Assembly (NCBI RefSeq): GCF_022539665.2
Contig: NC_081333.1
Span: 9,920,001-9,984,000 of the forward strand
Direction of reading: 5' to 3'
Length of the DNA: 64,000 bases
Origin: Daphnia carinata
Lineage: Eukaryota
Below are positions 51,648 to 64,000 of the stretch, piece by piece. The notes beneath the pieces are model-generated. The model searched no databases. It was not told the DNA's origin and saw only the letters and a program-made list of their open reading frames with translations. Numbering within the stretch: the stretch's first letter is position 1; every line of letters starts with the position of its first letter. Both the position numbers and the translations under genes were made by a program.

Positions 51648-54600
51648 GGTAACCGACGTCTACACTCGGTTATGGCTCTCAAAACCAGCTCACAAATGAG
51701 AAAAATACGTTGGGTTGTAATAGGTAAATTGTTCTGTTAGAAGTCGATCTCATTGTCCTGCAATTTAAAAAAAAAATTATTATAAATCACCATTTAACTT
51801 GGATGCTCTTAGAACTCCATAATGAAAAGAATGTGTAATGATTTGTCAGGATGGAAATGTTTGAAATGTTTGGGTGCATAAATAGCTAACATAACTTTTG
51901 GCAGACGCCAAAATATTCGGTGGGTAAATAGTTGGAGTGGATTAAATGCACCGTAAATAGAAAACTCGCGTCCCGGCAGTTTTGTTTACACTTACACTTA
52001 GGCTACACCATAGAGTGGATCGATTTTGGGGTTTTGGCTTTGTTCCCAAATGTTTTCCCTTCCAATTTGAGGTATGGACTCTGGAGCACAAAACTTAATG
52101 CACTTTACGCACCGACTGAACTTCATAGTAGCTGCATTGAAGCATTTGGTCGGGCGAAGTCTACAATCTTATCAATAGTTTTCATAAAACTGTAAGGTGG
52201 CTTTTAAAACCACACTGTGAGTTTTGCTGACTGATAAAATACTTTAAGGATTACATTGTGGTCCAAAAGCCAGCCAAGGTTTGGTTCGAATGTCTAGTGT
52301 GTGTTGGCATAGCGAGTGGTAATCTAAACGTGGCATTGGGAAACGGAAACGAAAGGGAACAGTAAAGAAAAGTGACAAGCCTATGCGAATGTCCACATAA
52401 AAAGATGACTCAACTTAACAATGATAATGACATTTGTAATGAATTGGGTCGATGTTAACAGCAGTATGTTTACTCCCACATCAGGTGTGTCTTCTACCAC
52501 CATAAAATGTGTACCCAGCACCTTCTTCCCCTCTGTCTCTAACTTTGTGTAACATTTTAATCAATATAGAAATCAATATCGCCTGCTATTCAGTTTCATT
52601 CATCTTCTATCGGTGTACGGTGACATAGAGTGTGACAAACAGGTTGAACTTTGTTGATATTCACTTCCTACGACAAAACATTCTTGCTCGATTGACTGCT
52701 CCATCGTAACGGGGGCAATAAAGTGTTGAAGAAAATGTTGTGATGAACATTGAATTTGTATTATAAGAAAAACACATCCCACGTTATTACCCGGTACGTG
52801 ATCAATCACGCCAAAACGTAATCACCCTGGGAACAATCCCAACATGCACTCTATCGTAATTAACTTGGCGTTGCATTCACGGCGTCACTGGCTGCCCAAA
52901 TGTTTCTACAGATTTTCTGGCTAGCTTGTGAGCATTCACTTTCACTCCTTTTACTTGTTTCTGGTGCAAAGAAAGACATTTTAATGAAATTGCGTCTGTT
53001 CCGGTGTAGCTGTACAACTGCGTGATGTGCCGTCTGAATCAATTTTTCTCGTTGAAGACGATAAGACTCGGATTTCCAGTATACATACTTTAATAATTTT
53101 ACCACACTTCGCACACGTGAAAATCAAGTCACGAAACCATTGTACTTATTTAGTTCCCGGTTATTGCCTTCTGAATGACCTGCGTCGCTTCCCTACCAGA
53201 CGGAGAAAGTTACACGGCCTAGTTCGACTAGCATTGAATAATGTTTGTAAAGGTCACCTTCCACATCGGGATGAGGCTGTTTTCCTATTTCGTGTTTGTT
53301 GTCTTTCTATTTTGTAGTCGATTTTTATTTCGGTTCTTGCGTGAGTAGCTTTAGCTATTTTTGAAGTTGCCAATAATAGAGAGTCCACATAGAATGTTGC
53401 CTTTCTGTCCTTGGAACGTCGGAGCACAGTATTAGGTTTGTAAGATGCCACCAGCGATGTCGAAGACGGAGACCATATTACCCTCGACACCATCCAATCC
53501 CGGTCTTTCTACCATCGTCTCAATATCGTTTGTTCCTTAAGAGAAATGAAATCATTCGCTTGTTTCTACTCTGTATCTCGGTGACCTTTACTTTCAAGTC
53601 AACTACAAGTTGGGTTTTATTCCCAAAACAACTATTAAGTAAAACTTTGAGATACGCAGATCTTGTAAGTAAGGAGACAAATGACAGTTCCTCGAAGCAG
53701 AATACAAAGAAAAGGAGACAACAACTTAGAGGGGAACAAGGAAATTGCTTTGATTTTGTGAGATCGGTACAGTTTCTTATTTAGATGTGAGTGGGGGAAC
53801 CAAGGATTCTGTCATGCCTTTAATGACATTACCTCATTCAGAAAGGCCGTTTTTTTAAATATACAATCCATTGCTATTTTAGCGCGGAAACGGTGGTTTG
53901 CCGCTCAACCAGACACATTTTGTATCCAGTGGAACTTTTGTTTACAGCAAAAGATAAAAGTTGGTTATGAAAGCTTATCGATCCACCCCAAAATTTGGTA
54001 ACGTGTATGTTGTTGAGTTCTATCCTGTTTCTTTTCATTACGACTGAGAAACGCGACTAGGAGAAGGAGAGCCCTTTTGTCTCAATGTTTCAGAGCAGTA
54101 AGCAGTAAAATGCTATTCAAAAGCATAAAGCATATATTCTCGTCTTCCTCGGTTTTATGTTTATTTATATTTGGATAGTAGACAAGTTGGAAACCCAGTA
54201 AAACCTTTTCCATTGTTAGATTTCCTCGCTCATGAATTTTGAATCTAGCCCGTTGATTATTTTAGATACTCACAAAGGCTCATCTTCTAACAGATTTCTG
54301 TTAACAAATATCGACCTCCACCTCTTATGCTTTGTTCTTATTTACGACCCATGTCATTGACAATCAAGCGGCGTGAATAACTCTGAAGTCTAGACGGGGA
54401 AAAATCTCTCTTGTCTGCTGTTCCGATGTTATATACGTACACACTTTGGGTCGTTATGCAACATCAAATCCATTTTACATGCCTCATGCTTTTTAAGTTC
54501 TCTTCTATATTCCGCTCTGCTCCCATATTTTAAAATCTTTGGGGAGTAGGCGATGGGGCGCACGGTTGGGTAGACACCACTGCACGTTATAGAGCGCTTT

Positions 54601-57492
54601 ATCTTTTATCCACATCTTTCTGCATCCTATAGACAGCGTTGTTCAATGGGAATTGCTTACCAAAATTTTTCTTTTATCCGTGATTTCCTCTTTGTTGATT
54701 CCTATCTATTTGCACACACACCAGAACTTTTGAAAGGCAACAATAAACGAAAGACAATTTTCAGATTGGCCACGTTTTTCATCCGTGTTGTTATAACGAA
54801 GTGGCACTGTAAGGCGCTCACGTGCAAGAGCGAAAACATCCCGATCACGCACGAGCCAAAATGAACGAAAGTACAGAGGGAGGGAAGGGGATTAAGAGAG
54901 GGAAGGGTCGTCCTACACAGACGGCAGCACAACACCGACTGTCATTTCCCATACGACTGTACTCGGGAGTTGAACTTGCGAAGTATTTTTCCCGCCCACA
55001 GCTCACTCTTCCGCTTATTTCCTCTCACTATCGAAAAGGCTAGCAGAGAGTGATTGCGCGCGCGTGATATCTTGGTTGGCTCGTCATTGACGCTTGCTGG
55101 ATCGGGATATGCGGGCGTAAAAAAACAAAAGTTATTATTTAATCGTCAGAAAGGGAAAGATGAGTTTCATTTCTTTATTGTTTGTGCTAATCATCGAAAT
55201 AGAGCAAGAAAGATCCATCTTCCACACCGGACTGCAATCAATTCGCCTATAACAGCACGAGATTAAACTATCGTGATTTTCCTTCCGCCTACGTGCAGCT
55301 TTGACCTTTGAGGCGAAGGTCAGCTTTTTAAAAAACGAATCTCGTTATTGGTACTGATGCCAAGCGAAGAACTGGTTGAGGAAAGTACCGTACGTAATGA
55401 GATTAACGGTTCCCAAGGTTCTCTTGTGGTTCCCGATCAAACGCTTTATTTTTTTTGCAAAGTGAAACTCCTTATTTTTTTCCTCTATGGTATTTCACGA
55501 TAGATACATTTTTAAAAACCGGAGGAAACAAGCTCTTTGGCATCAGATCAATATTTTTTTTCATCTCTTTTGGGCGAGATTCTTCTTCATCTTGTCTTCT
55601 ATTTTGGATGCTTATTTTGTTTTAGTTTTCAATATTTTTTGCGCTCCTTTCCTCTATGATCCAAAATGAATATCTATTTGCAGAAGCATCTCTCCTTTTT
55701 CAACTTTAGCCATTCTCAGTCTTTTTTTTAAGCTGTCCATACTGCTTATGTTGATGTATGTATCGCCAACGGCCGACATATTCTTATCCTTGCTGACAAA
55801 AAAGCAAACAAGCAACGCCAAATAAAAGACAACGAAGAAAATAATAATACAAAAAAAAAAAAAAGAACTCAGTAACATATGGCGCCGAAGGATTGGGCGC
55901 AACTGTCAGGTTTGATCGATATGCGAGGCATAGACGAATCGAAAACTACACTCAGATTTTAAAAGGCACCTCGGTCTACTCAAGCGACAAAAACAAGTCA
56001 TTCCACCGAGCTCATGCAAGGTTGTTGAAAGTTTGACAGCGGGAGCATTACGGGCTACCAGCTGGTCTGTTTGCAGACAACAACACACACACACGACCTC
56101 ATTGCCTCTTCTTCGCATCGGCCCCATTATTAACATAGAGCACCGAAATACTCTCGCTTTTGGTGGCCAAAGGACCTGGCATCCACTCTACTAGCAACCT
56201 TAGAGTGAAACTTGGCCTAGCCTTGGATAGGTGTCGTAATCCACTCGATTGATTGCCAAGTTTTTTTTCTCTCTTTTGGACGTCACTGGACCATATTTGA
56301 AAAAGTTCGGCGTTGTGACACAGCTCTTATAGGCTAACTTTGCACGATAGGCAGAAGCGGAAGACCGTCATCGCTCACAGGCAAAACAAAAGGAAGAAAA
56401 TGGTTAAATGAAGGATGAAGTCAAAGAAAGTGGATCGAATCATTAACGAGGAATTTTTGTAGTCTGGAAAAGTTGAGTGACAGCTCCCCCTTTTTTCCGG
56501 TTCTCTAGTCACGTTTCTCTTCCTTTGCATTTTCAATCCGGATGTCGGCGCCGCATGACAAAAATGCTGGGCATCGTCAATTCAACAAAAATGTGAAAGG
56601 TTGAGGCCAAAATGCGTCATTCAGCAATAGGGAATACTTTCAAAGTCGATCGACACCTACCCTATTCTCTTCAACTGAACGGGGCCGGCCGGGATACTAC
56701 AATCATGCAGACTTGCTAATCAACATTCAGTTTGCAAAGAAAAAAGAGGAACTTCAATTTTGGTTATCTAATTGGATTTCCTTTGACTTTTCCGGTGTTT
56801 TCTTGTGTACCTTTCATGATTGTACCTTCTTCACTTGTGCGATTGTAGTAATCCAATCTTTGCGTCTCATCAAATTAGCTGAAAAAATTTCCTAGGAAGC
56901 ACTAAGCTAGCATGTCGCATTAATTATACCTACGAACAATTCTCACGGTATAGGTGGGGTTGCAACGGCGTGCTGGCGAGCCACTACGACGTTACAACCG
57001 CAACGAAACGCGATTCTTATTGTTTCCGCAGTAATTGTGCCCTGAAACCAAGCGTTTAGCACATTACCACTAATGAAGCCACGACAGTTTTTGGCACGAT
57101 TCTGCCGCCTTCAAAAGTGGAAACAATCATCACCTAAAAGCCAAAACAAACAAAAATTTTAAACAGCAATTTAAGCGATACGAAAAGAAATGTTTTCTAA
57201 AATATTAAAATAACCTAAGATTCTCATTGTATTGTCTTGATTTGTTTGCTGTACAAAATTCCGTTTTTGGATCTAAAAAAGGATCTAATAATGCAACACA
57301 ACGACGATGGACGATACTCCCAAAAACTAGAGAAATTCCAGCAAAGTAACGATGAAAGCAAACTTTGACTGGTCGGTGCTGGATTTTCCATTAGAAGAGC
57401 ATTCAACGTTGACGTTGGCACGTGAACATAGGCTCTGGCAAGGGACATGTCAGCACCTGGTGCAGCGTTGTTGTTAGGCAAGATGTTTGTGT

Positions 57493-61064
<3,572 letters not shown>

Positions 61065-61652
61065 TTTATCGCACTATTTTATTTCTGAATTTCACAACTA
61101 AACTAATGCGAAAGTCAATTTTATTTGTCAGACTTCCTGATTAAACGTCCTTTCTTCAAAAGGATTGAAGACCACTTCTTTCAGTAATTTCTAGCAGACG
61201 AACATATGTGTTGAAGTTACGTAAATTTGTTGCGGAAAAAACATTGGTTTGCGCGGAACGTTACATCATTTTACTTTCTTTTACTCCTTTACTTTGACTC
61301 CATGAAACTGGCAAATAGTTATTAGTCAAAAATTATATTGCGTGAGATGAAAAGTTGTTTTAATCTTAGGAAGGTGACAAGCAGTTGCACTTGAATTCAG
61401 ATTCAAAATGAGAAAAAAGTTGGTAAAAACCACCACCAGAGGTCCAATGAAGAAAACCGGTGCGTCTAAAAGCGACAACTAAGCACCAAGCGCCTTTTGG
61501 TTTAAAAACTTGACTGCTAGTGTTTGTGTCTAATGCTTTTCAGCGTCAACACAGTCAGATTTTATTTTCATATTTTGCCATTTTAGTTTAATTTCGTGCT
61601 TTTAAACAGTGCAGAGCATGTAGTTTCTTTTATTTTGAACCTGGAGCACACC
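61065..61652. promoter_or_regulatory. Putative bidirectional promoter, AFG3L2 / CENP-L-like
   Basis: Two start codons head-to-head with 588 nt between them. Confidence 0.6.
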
Positions 61653-62904
61653 ATGAGTCGACGGAAAAGCAGTATTTTACTACCCTTCAACACCACGGCG
61701 AGCAAAGCCGGCAATCAGACCGAAAATGCTTCTCATGTTCGAAGTAGAAAGACTCCTGCAAAAAGAAGAAGAACCCAAGTTGAAGTGTTGGAAACACGCT
61801 CGGATGAAAATAACCTTGAAGTGTATGATGGTAAACAAAACTTGTCACACCCATTAACTTACCTTTTAATCTATCATAATATCTTGCAGACCTGAAACAA
61901 AAAATGTGGAGCATTTATCGTGTTGCTGACTTAAACAACTTCAACTACCAAAAGCCAGGCACATTTCCAAGATATGGACGTATTTTATCTCGACATCTAG
62001 TTCACTCCTTCACTCAGCCTGTCACGTTACAGGCAACATTTTTGGAAAAACCTGATTTTAAAGGCTTTGAAGGTGAAAACCCACCAGTTCATATTAAAGT
62101 TGAAGACATACAGTTAAATACCCCTCGGCTTGTATATGAAGGTGAAGTTCTCTAACTTCTCCATGTTCCAATCAATACCTACTGACCATAGTATTTTCTC
62201 TGCAGGCATCCTTTTTTCAGCTCATGCAGCTGTAGACTCAAAAGTTGAAGGAGCTGCTTATTTACCAGTTCTCTTGGCAAGAGGGCCCATACCTGTTCGA
62301 AACAAGGTTCACGAATGTCTAACCGCAGTTTTTTCTTCCGCCATTCACGAAGTTTCATTTCCTCCTGAAGAAATGCAGTGGATGATTGCAGCTTGGTCAG
62401 GCTTTCTAAATGAGTCCCAAAAAAATAAAGAAGTGAACTTTCTATATGGCCTTCCGGCAAAGCCAGACACAATCCAATGTCAGTATTCTGTGAATTTCAT
62501 CAAAGACCTTTGGAGATGGTTAGTCATTTATGTTCTGTACCTTTCGTCGACAATTTTAATTTCCAAGCTTATCTTATCACAGCATCCATGACCAAGACAG
62601 CCTAGTTGTAGAACTGAATGAAGTCAAGAAATTCCATGATGTCCTGGTGAGGCATACGTATCAAACGCTCGGTCTCAACTTGGCCGCCGTTCCATTGGTC
62701 ATATACAGAACACCTGACTTTGAAATACATGCCACTGGAAAAGTAAAAACTATAAATAGGTTGCATTTTGTGTGGTTATGTTGTATCAACCCGCTTTTAT
62801 GCCTCTAGGTTAAAGTGAGAACTGTCGAATTCGTCCCGAGGATTTTACACTTTATCGCAGACTTGTGTGAAACCCGAAATAGAATGGATTTAAACGAGTC
62901 ATAA
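61653..62904 (+). CDS. CENPL: Centromere protein L-like (CCAN CENP-L/N subcomplex), 5 exons
   Basis: Spliced product has WSIYRVADLNNFNY...YGRILSRHL, LPVLLARG, MQWMIAAWSG, IKDLWRCIHDQDSLVVELNEVKKFHDVLVRHTYQTLGLNLAAVPL...HATGKVKV...ILHFIADL. These blocks parallel vertebrate CENP-L as recalled (W.LY..TPLY.F.Y; LPLFLA.G; LSWMAAMW; LWDSVH...EEV..F..L..HF...F.IHL; H.DGKIKI..L..L.EL). Recognised by eye; stop TAA 62902-62904. Confidence 0.75.
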
Positions 62905-64000
62905 CCAGAAAAATGTTCATGAACCCCTTAACCACTGCCGGTGAGATCTTTTTCTTTTCCGAAAGATTCATTGAACGACAAACAGTTAAATGGCTTTCTC
63001 TTGGACTTAATTTCCTTCCCATTTTGGTCATACCACAATCCATCTGGGGAGAAAGTGATCATTGTTTTACCCTCATAGTGGATAACATATTGTATTTCTG
63101 CTCCAATAGCCAAGTGCAGCATTTCTACTTCTCCGTAAAAGAATTTTATGTTTGTACAAATGATAAAAATTCATTAAAAGAGGAAAAAGCTCTAGAGCTG
63201 AAACCCACTGCGGACCCGGGTAGGAACTCGGGATCTCGTACACAGATGGGGTCTCTATCTAAGTTATGAATTGCCGTTTTAACCATTACAAAGCTCCTAC
63301 TAGACAACCGCTTTTATCTTTCTCACCTCGTTCTCACATTTTTTTTCCTTTTTTAGTAGAAAGCATTTTAATGTGTATTTATCGAGTTTTTGTAATGTTG
63401 GAAATACATTTTTAATTACAGAGGTTATCGGGCTGGTAGGCGCATAGGTTGTTGAAATACGTCCAAATAAGCAAGGTTCTCGGTCGGTCATTGAAATCAA
63501 GAGTGGAGAGGAATCAAAATTCGCCAGTCTGTCGTTCATTATACATTCGGCTTATCCGTTTTCGTAACATAAAGACAGATATACGGTATCAGCGCAAGGA
63601 GATCCTATTTGTTAGGGGACGCCAACGATTCGATTCGTCTACGTTTCTTTTAACGAGGAAGTCGGGGACTGATAGAAAACCCGAAACGGCATTGTAAACG
63701 GCATTGCTAGTAAAGGAAAGAAATGGTTTATTAACGCAAGAATCCAAAAGTCACCCCTCCCATGCTAGTTTTCCTTGTTTCGGTTGCACCGATTGTCGCA
63801 AGCGAACGAAGGATTGCAGTGTTTACCTAATTTTTGAATTGTACTGCGTGAAGAAACAGATACGGAACGCCTTAGCCATAATTTACAGTGCTTCTACCTC
63901 GTGTGGCGTCTGTAATTGTTGGTCGGAGAAATAAGGGCGACGCGTAAAGCTCCACCGACACGGCACTGAATGAAGAGACAGGCGCCGTGGGACGTATCTC

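Noticed and set aside
63300..64000. Possible 3' end of a minus-strand gene entering from beyond the window
   Set aside because: Some coding-like frames and splice-like signals, but no consistent exon chain or recognisable protein.

Overview
Eukaryotic, gene-dense DNA with short GT-AG introns. The gene set and intron style fit an arthropod, most likely a Daphnia-like branchiopod crustacean (inference). Order of features: AAMP (5' part, minus); Akt/PKB (plus); a large uncharacterised Ser/Pro-rich repeat-protein gene whose first coding block is split by a frame break at TCT-CTC-TAG (6727-6735); the stoned locus, with stonedA and stonedB only 42 nt apart and stonedA almost free of AUG in all three frames (dicistronic, leaky-scanning signature); a ~540-bp tandem array with a 37-bp inverted repeat near its ends; P4-ATPase ATP9 (minus); a tRNA-headed SINE-like element; two tandem Na+/H+ exchanger paralogs sharing micro-exons and an identical 18-nt intronic element; AFG3L2 (minus); and, head-to-head with it, a CENP-L-like kinetochore gene. 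All exon boundaries were read by eye and need RNA-seq confirmation.
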